Of a stretch of DNA of 64,000 nucleotides, positions 40,431 through 52,899 are shown in pieces. The translations under genes were made by a program, and so were the position numbers. This stretch comes from Heterodontus francisci (lineage: Eukaryota), in contig NC_090404.1 of the NCBI RefSeq assembly GCF_036365525.1, forward strand, positions 4,402,001-4,466,000. Direction: 5' to 3'. Position 1 is the stretch's first letter. Every line of letters begins with the position of its first letter. Under the pieces are notes generated by a model. The model saw only the letters and a list, made by a program, of their open reading frames with translations. It made no database searches and was not told the DNA's origin.

Positions 40431-40582
40431 ACATTGGGGACGGAAGTGGCTGTTCAGAGATGTAGAAATGGACGAGAGAAGAAATTCCAGCCGGTCTAAT
40501 AACAACTCGGCGCTGTTTCTTCCTTTCCAGGTTCTGTAAGGTCGCAGTCTCTGTTTCTGAAGTTAAGACTGGAACCGCCGAG

Positions 40583-41056
40583 ATTAAACTCTGCCTGACA
40601 CCACTTATTGTCCTGATCACAGGTCGGTACCATTATAAACTCCCTGCAACATTCGCCAATCATCATTAAATTTCCCATCTCCAGCTGCGGGTCACTTTCA
40701 CTTTATTATACTTCATCTAACATGCTGTGTGTCCGCTGTTTATTTTCAGAGATGGGTAACAGAGACTCAGGGCTCCAGTAAGAACAAGGAGTTGGATCAG
40801 TAAATTTAGCAATAATCTATAGTTGTTCTGCATGGTTTCACTTGCCAGCTGTAACCTGTTCTGGCATCACCAGTATCCACACCAAGCTCCTTAGTATCTG
40901 TTCAGAACCGATAGTCACGAAAATAAGGAAACGGCTCCCGGTTTTGAACACTTCAGCGGTAATCTCAACCGGATGCAAGGCACTTTTCTCCTGCCTATGA
41001 AAGGCTTGAGGATCACAGACAACGACTATTATTACTGCACCATAAGACCCACAGTG
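40583..41056 (+). pseudogene. TCR alpha/delta-type V pseudogene (leader 40583-40622, V exon 40750-41049)
   Basis: Leader (ATT instead of ATG)KLCLTPLIVLIT|gt; acceptor ttttcag|. Reads NLFWHHQYPHQAP*YLF...FSGNLNRMQGTFLLPMKGLRITDNDYYYCTIR. Perfect heptamer CACAGTG at 41050-41056, degenerate nonamer, several stops. Confidence 0.88.
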
Positions 41057-41933
41057 AATAAGATTCCTCGAGCAGAACACAGGTCGGCATTAAGGGTGGG
41101 CGCCAAGTAAATACAAGGGATTGAATCCCAGAGAGTTTGCACAGAAAATGAAGGGAATATGCACTTTTTCCGAGCTGTTTTCTCAGTCAGTGCTCTCACC
41201 GTTGTGAAATGTAACATTTTTGCAGCATTTGAATCTAGGGTCAAATTCAGATATTCCCAGCTACCTGTTAACAATGACTTGCAGATCTCTGGGATGAATA
41301 ACAGGATCGATCTGTCCAAGTAACATATCCGTCAGGCCACATCTTGCAAAGTTTCTGGAATTGCATTGGTAACAAAAGCGGCTGAATGAAATCATCACTT
41401 TACTGGTACAAGTTGAACATAAGTGATACCGCACACCGATTTGAAGAGGAGTGGCTACTTATAATGTCCTTGATAGCCTTAGGACTGTAGCAATGATGTT
41501 CATGGTCGGGAGGCTATTCATTCATACCAGGGCTTGAGAGCAAATCGAATTATTTCACCTTAATTAGAGAGAGATCTATTTCTCATATAACATAAAGATA
41601 TCCTGTTATACAACAATGGAGACAAAGTGAGAAAGAAGCAGAAAGACTGACAACGAGATAAAGAACAAGCGACTGAGACAGGGAGAAAGACGCACAAACG
41701 TATTCAGGGAAGAAAGTATTGGTGAGACACAGCAGTAATTAGTCCTCAACGAACCTGATTGGTTCACAGTTGACATAATATCTGAGCCACCAGCCAACGT
41801 TACCCAGAGAAACACCCGTCCGTTTTCCAATAAGTGAATTCTGCCTCGATCAAAGGTCATTCTTCAATGTAGGATTGGAAAATTAACAATTAAAGCATTC
41901 TGCTATTTTCAGTCGAACGCTAAACCAGACAGC

Positions 41934-42400
41934 ATGTGCTTCCTACGTTTCTTACTGATGATACTGGTCTTGTTGTCGCATGAACCTATGTTTAAAAGAA
42001 AAGTGTGTCCTCCATTGGTTATATTCAGTCTTCTAATTTCGACTTCTGTGTATTGTTACAGGAATGAGTGGTGACGATTCAGTGTCCCTGGACCCACTTG
42101 AATTAACGGTTCAGGAAAGACGGGCGGTAATTCTGAACTTTAGTTACACGACAGCGTAGCCTGACTTAAATCTTTTCTGGTACATGCAGTATCTGAGGGA
42201 AGCTCCGAGATTTTACTGAGAACATGCAGCATGGTACAGGGGGATAAATCTCCAGATTTTCCAGATTCTGGTGAATTGGACAAAGAAAAGAAAACAGTTC
42301 CTTCAAAAGTCGACGGGGCTCTTGTCTCTGACTCTGCGGTGCGTTACTGTGTCCTCCGCCTCACACTGTCAGAGGAGCGCAGTCTGTCAGTACAAACATG
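41934..42400 (+). pseudogene. TCR alpha/delta-type V pseudogene with 23-RSS (leader 41934-41979, V exon 42062-42361)
   Basis: Leader MCFLRFLLMILVLLS with donor GT>AT. Reads DDSVSLDPLELTVQERRAVILNFSY..*..LFWYMQYLREAPRF / ...GALVSDSAVRYCVLR. First Cys lost, TAG at 42157, frameshift. RSS CACACTG(42362)-23 nt-ACAAACATG(42392). Confidence 0.92.
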
Positions 42401-43153
42401 TCAAAGGACTCTCACCTCCTCTCACTGAATCTGGATTGTTATCTGATAATGGAACACAAACCAAACTATGGAGATAAACACATGGGTCAATTTATAGATG
42501 GGTAGTTCATTAAACAGTTAGAAAGATAAATGGACAGTCTCCTCGCCTTCACTTTCTCCTTCAATGATCTCTTCCTCCTTTGTTTGAAAGTATCCAGCTG
42601 CTGCAGACAGGCGCCTGTGAATTCCGGCTGTGGAGTCTGTGAGTATAAAGCTCAGTGTGTTTCACAGCTCAGTAACGGGTTGGTTCTTGTTCGTTTGGGA
42701 GCTGAATGATGAGATAGTTGGACATTAGCACTTCAGTCATCACTCCGATTGCCCGACTGCAACATAACCAAGAGGTGGATCGGATCATGAAGAATATAAA
42801 ACAGTTAACTCTGGATATAACTTTAAATTAAACTGCGGAATTATAGCTTAGGGACACGGGTTCAAAGTATGAAAGGTCATTTCAGGACCGGTATCAGGAA
42901 ATTCTTCAGCAATCAATGCGTGGAATCAAGTTCCAGATGCAACAGAAGATGGTCAAACCTGGGAATAATTTCATAAAATGATGGATATTCCAAAGGCGAA
43001 GGTTGGAGCAGGATGGGGTTGGAGGCATGTTGGTGTTAAACAGTCTATCCTAAGAGTGGCAGAATTCCAACTCCCGCCCTGCATGATCCTGTGATCTTGT
43101 GATCAATCGCAGGAGTCGGCAATTTGTTTTGGACATGCAGTCGCTTGTAGTCA

Positions 43154-43169
43154 CCAGCAGAGGGCACTA
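43154..43169 (+). promoter_or_regulatory. CTCF-like binding site
   Basis: CCAGCAGAGGGCACTA matches the CTCF core; it lies between V segments. Confidence 0.65.
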
Positions 43170-44378
43170 AATGTCTTCACTGTGTTGGTGTCAATGTGGC
43201 AGCGACTGCAGCTTCAGTATTGAGTAACTTTACTGAAGAAGCGGATTGAAGAAAAGTTTCGGTAACAGAAACATTCATTTCAAATGGAAGTTGTTTTTAT
43301 CAATGTCATGATGAAGGAATAAAATATTATTACTAATGGCGATATTCTGCATTTTGTAAGAAGCCGATCACCACAGAATCACTCAGTCCATTTGTTGCGA
43401 CACTCCGCCACTCTCCTCAAAGCTGTCAATTATTCCCTATTGCATTCAAGTAAAAGGTGCTGGCTGTCTCGTTTATCTGCAGAACAACTGCAAACTTGTT
43501 ATGCTGGCTGTGGGAAATTCTAATGAGCAGTGCACAGCTCTTCTCGTGGAATTCAATGGCACAGATGCCAGGACAACATGAATTATTTTCCTCATGCACC
43601 AGCCTCACAGACTGGCTCTGTTAAAGGGCCAACATTGAGTTTTAACCCCGTCCAGTTCCCTGTTGTGAGAACAATTTCCCTGTTCACTGCTCTGATGTCA
43701 TCAATTCTGGATGAAAGGACCGAAGAGCTGATTGGATGAATTGCAGTACTAATGCACTGAGTGCTGATTGGATGAACTGGAGAATAAAGGATTTGTGATC
43801 TGATTGGACGAATTAAACAACAAAGGACCCGTGAGTTGACTGGATGTCACATGCTGTCCAGGCCAGCAATGGACCTATCGGGAGAAAGGCTGGATATCGA
43901 ACAGCATCTTCTAAAGGCCTGATGAAAACAATTCCAGCTTCAATCAGTTCAGTTCATATCAGCCCACAACTGTCTGAAAACGTGTTGGATGTTACTTTTT
44001 ATTTATTCCTCACAGCTGCAGCTCTCTTAACTGGGAAGTTCACAATTTGCACAAGGCCGCCTTTCACATCTTGATCATATAGTTCATCGGTCTGTTCCCT
44101 GAAAACAAGGGTAACAATCGATTGATCGGAAGTGAACAAAGCAATCCGGATCTACCTTGAGTCAACACTGAACACTGTTTGAGCAAACTCGACAAGCTCC
44201 CCCAATAAGAGAAATTGGAAGAGTTGAGCTGAGATTACAGGGGAATGGCAGACAGACATGGCCCTCCCCACCAGGGCTAATGACAGACACCGATAGACAC
44301 ACGAGTCTTACACCCACAGGCCGTTTGTCGGCTTCCCTTCACAATCGATCCCAGCACCTACCTGTTGCAGCTTCTGAA

Positions 44379-44839
44379 CTGTGGAAAGTGTATTTGTGTT
44401 TACCTGTCCTGATTTCTCAGTTAAGTATTGGGGGTGACGGGCTGATTCTCGGAGATAGACGTTGGTTAATTTGATATTGCTCTGTTCTTGCAGGATATTG
44501 TCGAGGAGACTCCGTTTCACAGACACCGGCTGTAATCACAGTAAGTGAAGGAGACGATGTTCGGTTGCACTGTGATTATACAACTACAAGCAGCAGCAAT
44601 CCTTACCTATTCTGGTACCGTTAGTATCCCAGTGGATACATGGAATATCTGCTGCAAAGAAACAAATACAGTGAGGACCGAGAAAGATTTCCAGAGGACC
44701 GTTTTTCAGCGGAGCTCGATGATTCGATCCGAACCATCCCACTGAAAGAATCTAAAACAGAACTGACAGACTCTGCGGTGTACTACTGCGCACTGAGACC
44801 CACAGAGACACAGAGCTGGGCTGATCCTGAACAAAAACT
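44379..44839 (+). pseudogene. TCR alpha/delta-type V segment, nearly intact (leader 44379-44424, V exon 44494-44800, 23-RSS 44801-44839)
   Basis: RYCRGDSVSQTPAVITVSEGDDVRLHCDYTTTSSSNPYLFWYR*YPSGYMEYLLQRNKYSEDRERFPEDRFSAELDDSIRTIPLKESKTELTDSAVYYCALR. One in-frame TAG at 44622-44624; leader starts with CTG. RSS CACAGAG-23-ACAAAAACT. Confidence 0.95.
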
Positions 44840-45019
44840 GTCAGAGAGTCTCTCAACATCACAGCAAGTTAGGGAAACATTGTGATTGGAGGCGAGTGTC
44901 TGCATTAGTGATTAGAACTTGTACTGTTAATGTTAATATACAGTTATCCTTTTTCCTGCAATGTTTCACTTTTCAAATAATGATCTAATTTCCTTTTAAA
45001 AGTAACGATTGAATCTGTC

Positions 45020-45900
45020 TCATATAAGCCCACAGACTCCCATAACTACCTCGACTACACTTCTTCACACCCTACCTCCTGTAAGGACTTTATTTTATTA
45101 TCCCAGTTTCTCGGTCTCCAAGGCATCAGTTCTGATGATGCAACCTTCGGCAACAGCGCTTCTGACCTGTTTTCCTCTTTCCTCAACACAGCATTCCCCG
45201 TACCATCCCACACCACCTCCCCCGCTCCACCCCCACAGCCACACTGTTGTTGACGGGGCCCTTCAACCGTGTCTGGCCTATTTCCCACACTTCTGCCCGC
45301 ACCCCTTCCCCTCCATCCCAGAACCGCGACAGGGTTCCCCTTGTCCTCACTTTCCACCTCACCAGCCTCCATATCCAAAGGATCATCCTCCACCATTTCT
45401 GCCACGTCCAGCGTGATGCCAATACCAAACGCAGCTTCCCCTCCTCTCCCATGTCAGCATTCCGAAGGGATCATTCCCTCCACGGCACCCTAGTCCACTC
45501 CTCCATTACCCCCAAAGGCCGTCTCCTTCCTATGGCTCCTTCCCATGCAATCACTGGAGGTGCAATACCTGCCCCTTTACCTCCTCTCTCCTCACTATCC
45601 ACGGTCCGAAACACTCCATTCAGAAGAAGCAGAGGTTTGCTTGTACTTCCTTCAATGCAGTATACTGTATTCGCTGCTCGCAATGCAGTCACCTCTGCAC
45701 TCGGGAGACCAAAGGCAGATTGGGTGACCGCTTTCGGGAACACCTCTGCTCAGTCTAAAAACATGCCCCGAGCTTCTTGTCGCTTGTCATTTCAATACCC
45801 GCACCCGCTCCCACCCATACAAAGTCCCGCCCCCTCCCACCCTCCAACTCCCCCCCTCCCCCCAACTCTGCTCTCTTGACGACTTCTCTGTCCTGGGCTT
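45020..45900 (+). mobile_element. Penelope-like element fragment (RT C-terminus plus GIY-YIG)
   Basis: SQNRDRVPLVLTFH..LHIQRII plus GIY-YIG remnants; paralog of 49390-50325. Confidence 0.85.
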
Positions 45901-45909
45901 GCAGCAGTG

Positions 45910-47710
45910 TTACGTGTGCTGTGGACAGAGTGGAACCAGTGGATGGAGCTTACTTAGGTTTCCAGAAGGCATTTGATAAGGTGCCACATCAAAGATTATT
46001 GCAGAAAATAAAAGCTCATGGTGTAGGGGGTTACATATTGACATGGACAGAAGATTGGTTAGCTAACAGCAACAGAGAGTCGGCATAAATAGGTCAGTTT
46101 CTGAATGGCAAGATGTAACGAATGGTGTGTCACAGGGCTCTGTGCTGGGGCCTCAACTTTTTACAATTTATATAAATGACTTCGATGAATGGACCGAAGG
46201 TATGGTTGCTCAATTTGCTGATGACACAAAAATGGCTGGAAAGTAACTTGCAAAGAGGACATAAGAAGGCTACAAAGGGATGTAGATAGGTTAAGTGAGT
46301 GGGATAAGATCTGGAAAAGTGTGCATAATGTGGGAAAGTGTGAGATTGTCCACTTTGGCAGGAAGAATATAAATGAAACATGTTATCTAAATGGTGAGAG
46401 ATTTCCGAGCTGTGAGATGCAGAGGGATCTTGGTGCCCTAGTGCATGAATCGCAAAAGGTTAGTATGCAGATACAGCACATAATTAGGAAAGCTAATAGA
46501 ATGTTATCGTTTAATTGAATACAAAAGTAAGCAGGTTATGCTTCAGCTATAAAGGACGTTGGCGTGACCACATCTGGATTACTGTGTACAGTACTGGTTC
46601 CTCATTTAAGGAAGGATGTAAATACGTTGGAGGCAGTACAGAGATGGTTTCCGAGATGAATACCTGGAATGGATGGGCTTTCTTACCAGGAAAGGTCCTG
46701 GGGAAAATTGATATACAGAGAGATTTGGGTGTTCAGGTCCATTGTTCCCTGAAGGTGGCAACGCAGGTCAATAGAGTGGTCAAGAAGGCATACGGCATGC
46801 TTTCCTTCATCGGACGGGGTATTGAGTACAAGAGTTGGCAGGTCATGTTACAGTTGTATAAGACTTTGGTTCGGCCACATTTGGAATACTGCGTGCAGTT
46901 CTGGTCGCCACATTACCAAAAGGATGTGGATGCTTTGGAGAGGGTGCAGAGGAGGTTCACCAGGATGTTGCCTGGTATGGAGGGCGCTAGCTATGAAGAG
47001 AAGTTGAGTAGATTGGGATTATTTTCATTCGAAAGACGGAGATGGAGGGGGGACCTGATTGAGGTGTACAAAATCATGAGAGGTTAGATAGCAAGAAGCT
47101 TTTTCCCAGAGTGGGGGGTTCAATTACTAGGGGTCATGAGTTCAAAGTGAGAGGGGAAAAGTTTAGGGGGGATATGCGTGGAAAGTTCTTGACGCAGAGG
47201 GTGGTGGGTGCCTGGAATGCGTTGCCAGCGGAAGTGGTAGACGCGGGCATGATAGCATCTTTTAAGATGTATCTAGACAGATACATGAATGGGCAGGAAG
47301 CAAAGAGATACAGACCCTTAGAAAATAGGCGACATGTTTAGATAGAGGATCTGGATCGGCGCAGGCTTGGAGGGCCGAAGGGCCTGTTCCTGTGCAGTAA
47401 TTTTCTTTGTTCTTTGTTCTTTGAAAGATAGGATGAGGTTGGCTTGCATCAGCTGGAACTTAGAGGAGTAAGAGGCGACTTGATTGAAACATATAATATC
47501 TTGAGGGGGCTTGACAGGGTGGATGTGGAAAGGATGGTTCCCCTTGTGGGAGAATCTCAAACTGTTACTGTTTAAAATTAAGGTGTCGCCCATTTAAGAC
47601 CGCGATGAGGAGAATTTTTTTCTCTCAGAGGGTCGGCAGTCTTTGGATTCCTCTTCCTCAAAAGGCAGTGGAAGCAGAATCTTTGAATATTATTAAGGTA
47701 GAGTTAGATA
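45910..47710 (+). mobile_element. Old CR1 with a nested young CR1 (46695-47422, GAAAG duplication)
   Basis: RT motifs. The nested copy is nearly identical by eye to 8555-9281, including its tail. Confidence 0.9.
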
Positions 47711-48269
47711 TTTTATTTATTTTCATCATTCGTTTTTTAACTATGTGTCTCCCCACTTTTTGTTCGTGTTTGTGCTTTTGGCTTGGGCTGTTAATTATTC
47801 TGTCATTTAATATCCTCTCTGCACTAATGCTTCGTCCTTCACCACACGATTGGCACTCTCTTTGCCTTTGCCCCATGACCTCCTTGTCTGTTAATCGCTG
47901 ACCATCTGTCCTATCAACACTTTCCCTTTTGTTCCCTTTACCCCCAACCCCGCTTTATTTGTATCTAAGCTATTACATTTCTAAACTTTGCCAATTCTGA
48001 TGAAAGGTCAGTCACATGAAACGTTAACTCTGCTTCTCTCTCCTCAGATGCTGAGTGCTTCCATCACGTTTTATTTTTATTAATGTTTTTGTGTCCAGCT
48101 GTTACTGACCCTCCCTCACACGGGCAACAGTTTCTCTTTATTCACTCTATCAAAATCTATTTTTTCTTCATATGTCACTCAGTGATCTTTTATTCTTTAT
48201 ATTGTATCCTGCTTTTGTTGGGATTTACTATTCACACATTCTCTAAATGTTTCTCTCTCTATCCTGCAG

Positions 48270-48614
48270 AGAGCGGCCTTGAAGGCATCACTCATCAACG
48301 AAAAGAAGATGTGACAGCTCGGGGAGGAGTGATCTCCACCATGACGAGCTCCTATACTGAGGTGACGAGAGTTTGCCTGGAATGGTACCGGGATGGTCTC
48401 TCCGTGGATCCGGAGAAATTCTCATCCACTGCACCGACGGGTTCATTGACAATTCGTCTTTTGCAACCCGGCGCTTCACCACATCTTTGGTCAAAAAATA
48501 CACGGCCGTCAGTGAAACAGTTTCACAGGTGGCAGCTGCCGATACCAGGAAATACTACTGAGTCTTAACACCGCACACAGCCGTGTAGGTTGGGAAAGAG
48601 CCTATACATAAACT
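48270..48614 (+). pseudogene. TCR delta/alpha-like V pseudogene with 23-RSS and non-canonical cysteines
   Basis: Acceptor cctgcag|. Reads ESGLEGITHQRKEDVTARGGVISTMTSSYTEVTRVCLEWYRDG / ILIHCTDGFIDNSSFATRRFTTS...VAAADTRKYY*. RSS CACAGCC(48576)-23-ACATAAACT(48606). Confidence 0.85.
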
Positions 48615-49389
48615 GAAGATGTAATGACAAGAATACTGTGTCAGTGAACTCGCGGTATCATTGTATTTCATGATCGCTACTGAGTGCAATGGTCCAATGG
48701 AGAAGCGTAACAATTCTTTCATCCATTTTTCCCTCAGTGTATCATAAACGGACAGATTGACAATTTTATCGAACATTGTGCACCCAAAGGATTTTATTTT
48801 TGTTGACCACAAATTACCGATATCTCGAAAACACTTGGACTCCCAAATTCCTTCATTCCTCCACAAGAGTCAGCGTCAGAATCAATGACACCATTTCTGG
48901 CACAGAATTCCACATTCATACTTCTTACTTTGTGATAAACTTCCTTTTACTTAAAAGTCAATCTTCTGCTGTTTGAAAGCTCACACTATTGGCTATCTTT
49001 ATTGTCGCTGTTTCCACAGGGACCAGCAGAGTTTCTTCTTTGCTTTGCATTGTTGCAGTCCATTTTACCAGATTGTGTTGATGAGCGGTCACCTCCTCCT
49101 GGGAATGCCCCGCCCACCCACCCCCAACACCTTGGATTCAGTCTCCAATCCTCTCACTGATCCTCTCCGCTCAAGACGACACCTGTCGGGACCCAGGAAC
49201 CTCCCGGCAGAAAGGAGGTTCTGTTTGGAATGACTCCGTGATTGACTGGGCAGAGGAGGACTGAAGCTCCCACAATTCACAGCAGCTAGCAAACGCCTGG
49301 GATGTCGCTGACAGTGACGTTTCAGTCAATGATATTGCATTTGCGAATGTGTGGGTCGTGAGCCATCTGACATAAGCAAACAAGACCTT

Positions 49390-50325
49390 CAAGTTTTTGA
49401 AAGCAAGAAATGCTGGAAATACTCAGTAGGTCTGGCAGCATCTGTGGAGAAGAAACAGAGTTAATGTTCACTGGAACGGACAGAGATGTGAGCTTGAGAG
49501 CGGGGGGACTGTTGAAATCGCAAGCAACCGGAAGCTCGGAGTCATGCTTTCGGGCTTGGCGGAAGTGTTCCACAACGCGGTCACCCAGTTTGCGTTTGGT
49601 CTCCCCAATGGAGAGGAGACCATATTGTGAGCAGCGAATACAGCATACCACAGTGAAAGAAGTATGAGTAAATCGCTGGTTCACCTGAAATGAGTGTTTG
49701 GGGCCGTGTATAGGAAGGAGAGAGGAGGTAAAGGGGCAGGTATTACACCTTCTGCGATTGCAGGGGAAGGTGCCTTGGGAAGGGGACGAGGTGGAGTGGG
49801 TAATGGAGGAGTGGACCAGGGTGTCGTGGAGGGAATGATCCCTTCAGAATGCAGACATGGGAAGGGAGGGGAAGATGCATTTGGTAGTGGCATCACGCTG
49901 GACGTGGCGTAAATGGCGCTGGATGATCCCTTTGAATATGGAGACTGATGGGGTGGAAAATGAGGACAAGGGGAACCCTGTCGCGGTTCTGAGAGGGGGG
50001 AAGGAGTGAGGGTAGGGGTGCGGGAAAAGGGCCGGACATGGTTGAGGGTCCTGTCAACCACAGAAGGCGGAATTCCTTGGTTGAGGAAAAGGGGAAGTCA
50101 TATCAGAAGCGCTGTCATGGAAGGTCGCATCATCAGAGAAGATCCATCGGAGACAGAGAAACTGGGAGATTGGAATCGAGTCCTTACAGGAGGCTGGCTG
50201 TGATGAAGTGTAGTCAAGGTGGCTGTGGGAGTCGGTGGGATTATAATGGATATTAGCAGATAGCCTATCCCCAAAGATGGAGACAGAGAAGTCGAGGAAG
50301 GGAAGGGCAGTGTCGGAGATGGACG
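49390..50325 (-). mobile_element. Penelope-like element fragment
   Basis: LPFLDFSVSI...HYNPTDSHSHLDYTSS; VCCIRCS..LLSIGETKRKLGDR..EH (GIY-YIG). Confidence 0.88.
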
Positions 50326-50369
50326 GTTTCCCATGATATTTCCTGAATCTGTAACTCTGCAATGCAGGA

Positions 50370-50616
50370 GCATCTCTGACGGAGCAGAAATACAAATCCC
50401 ACTCCCCCAACACTGCTGATCCAACCAATGACAAGAATGGAGCCGCGGCAGCACTCCCTCCAATAACACAATCGGTTCAGAGCAAGAGCAGCAAACGGAA
50501 GTTGTGGGCGAGGATGCCGCAGACTCAAAATTTGAGTGAAGTGTGAGGCGACACTCTGCTGCACTCGGAACTGATTGAGCGGGAATAGTGTCTGTTGAAT
50601 CTCCAGAATTCAGTGG
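50370..50616 (-). pseudogene. Highly decayed, internally deleted TCR V relic (inverted)
   Basis: LNSGDSTDTIPAQSVPSAAECRLTLHSNFESAASSP aligns by eye with FR1-CDR1 of the 44494 V. Ends SAVLGEWDLYFCSVRD (YFCxxRD). FR2 and RSS are not recognisable. Confidence 0.5.
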
Positions 50617-52899
50617 CTATTCTCCACCTGCTTACTGTTCAGTTGACTGGGAAATTTAGAGTGGAAGGAGAATGAAGCTACCAGAATAATAGAATCTGAG
50701 AGCACAGAGTGAGGCCATTCGGCCTATACTCCCTATGCCTCTTTGGAAGAGTTCACTAATTCATACCTCACCCCCTACATTTTTCGCATTGTCCTGTTTT
50801 GTTGTTCATTTTCAAGTATATATAGAATTCCCTTTCGAAAATTACTGTTCAATCTGCTTCCACCACCCTTTCAAGCAGTACATTCCAAATCTTAACAAAT
50901 CACCGTGTATTAAATATAAATCAATTTTCCCTGTCATTTTTCTCCAACTCTTTTAATTTGGAGTCCTTGGGATACACAATTTTATGCCAGTGGAAACAGT
51001 TACGTGCAATCTACTCTATACTGATATATGGAGAACAATCCCAGCTTTCTCTCGTCCCTCTGCATAAAGGTTCATCATTTTACTTATTCTTTAATCGGAG
51101 GTGGGCATCTCTGGTGAGGTCAGTATTTAATACCTGTCTCTACTTGCCTTTGATAAGGTGGCGGTGAGCTGACTTCTTGAACTACCGCAGTCCTGGGGGT
51201 GCAGGTTCACCCACAGTGCTATTAGGAAGGCAGCTCCAGGATTTTGACCCAGCAACAGTGAAGGAACGGCGCTTTCGTTTCAAGTCAGGATGGTGTGTGG
51301 TTTGGAGGGGAACTTGCAGCTTCTGGCGTTCCTAAGTTTCTACCGTTCTTGTCCTTCTAGGTGTTAGAGATCACGGGAATGGAAGGTACTGTCCAAGGCG
51401 TCTTGGTGCGTTGCTGCAGTGCATCTTGTAGATGGTGCACACTGCTGCTACTGTGTATGGGTGGTGGAGTGAGTGAATGCTGAAGGTTGTGGATGTGGTG
51501 CCGATCAAGCGGGCTGCATTCTCCTGGATGGTGTCGAGCTTCCTGTCTGTTGTTGGAGCTGCACGCATACAGGCAAATGGAGGGTATTCCATCACACTCC
51601 TGACTTATGCATGTAGGTGGAGGACAGGCTTTGTGGAGACAGTACGTTAGTCACTCGCCGCAGAATTCCTCGCCTCTGACCTGCTCTAGTAGCCATAGTA
51701 CTTTTATGGCTGGTCCAATTCAGTTTCTGGTCAATGATAACCTGCAGAATTAGGTACGTGGGGGATTCAGCAATGGCAATGGTATTGTACATCAAGGGAA
51801 GATGGTTCGATTCTCTTTTGTTTGAGATGGTCATTGCCTGGCTCCTGCGTTGTGTGAAGTTTACCTGCCAATTATCAGCCCAAGCCTGGATGTTGTCCAG
51901 TTCTTGCTGCATCTGGATACGGACTGCCGCGAATGGTGCTGAACATTGTGCAATCCTCAGCGAATATAACAATTCTGACCTTATTATTGAAGGAAGGTCA
52001 TTGACGAAGCAGCTGAGGATGGTCTTTCCGAGGACACTACCCTGAGGAACTCATGCAGTGATGTCCTGGGACTGAGATGATTGACCTCCAACAACCACAA
52101 CCATCTTCATTTGTCCAGGTATGACTCCAACCAGCGGAAATGTTCCCCCTTGATTCTCATGGGCACCCGTTTTGCTCAGGCTCCTTGATGCTCTACTCCT
52201 GCTACCATTTTGGTTTACTTCCTCTGCACTCGCTCCAATGTCTTGAGATTCTTTTTCAATAGTGGAGACAGCTGTTAAGCCAACAGGCATATAATTTCCT
52301 GCTATCTGTCACACCCCTTTTTGCGAGTTTTCAATCCTCTCGGAGGTTTCCAGAATCTAGGGTATTTTGGGAGATTGCAACCAATACATCCACTATCTCT
52401 ACAGCGACTTCTTTTAAAGGGAGATGGAGTGGAGCAATGTGAGGGGATCCCTCGGCTGGTGTTCAGTGAGTTCAGGAAGATGGTATCAGAGGGAATGGAG
52501 CATGGAGAGAAGATTCCTGGGGTGATCTTCAGTGAGTTCAAGGAGATGGTGTAAGAGGGAATAGAGTAGAACAAAGAGGAAGTTCAACTGAGGTGGGGGG
52601 GCAGGGGGGTGCGGAGGGCAAATAACGAGGTATAGTAGAAATGATGGAGGCAGTGATTCAACATGTGCATAACAGAAAAGTGGACACTGTGTGTGTATCT
52701 GACAGAACAGGTGGACAGTGTGGTTTGTGTATATATCAGTAAATTTGAAGTTAGAGTCTATGTGTCAGATAGACCTCAGAATCCGGGGCTCATTCCTGCC
52801 GTTTGTCCTCCCTCTTGTGTCTACCAGACTCTGGGAGTCATCCCAGCAATTAAATTGATTCAAATTCATTGAAACCCTAATTAACTATTTAATTAATAA

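Noticed and set aside
43370-43610. Minus-strand KFAVVLQINETASTFYL ... LSDSVV, weakly like V FR3
   Set aside because: No conserved Trp/Cys, no YYC and no RSS.
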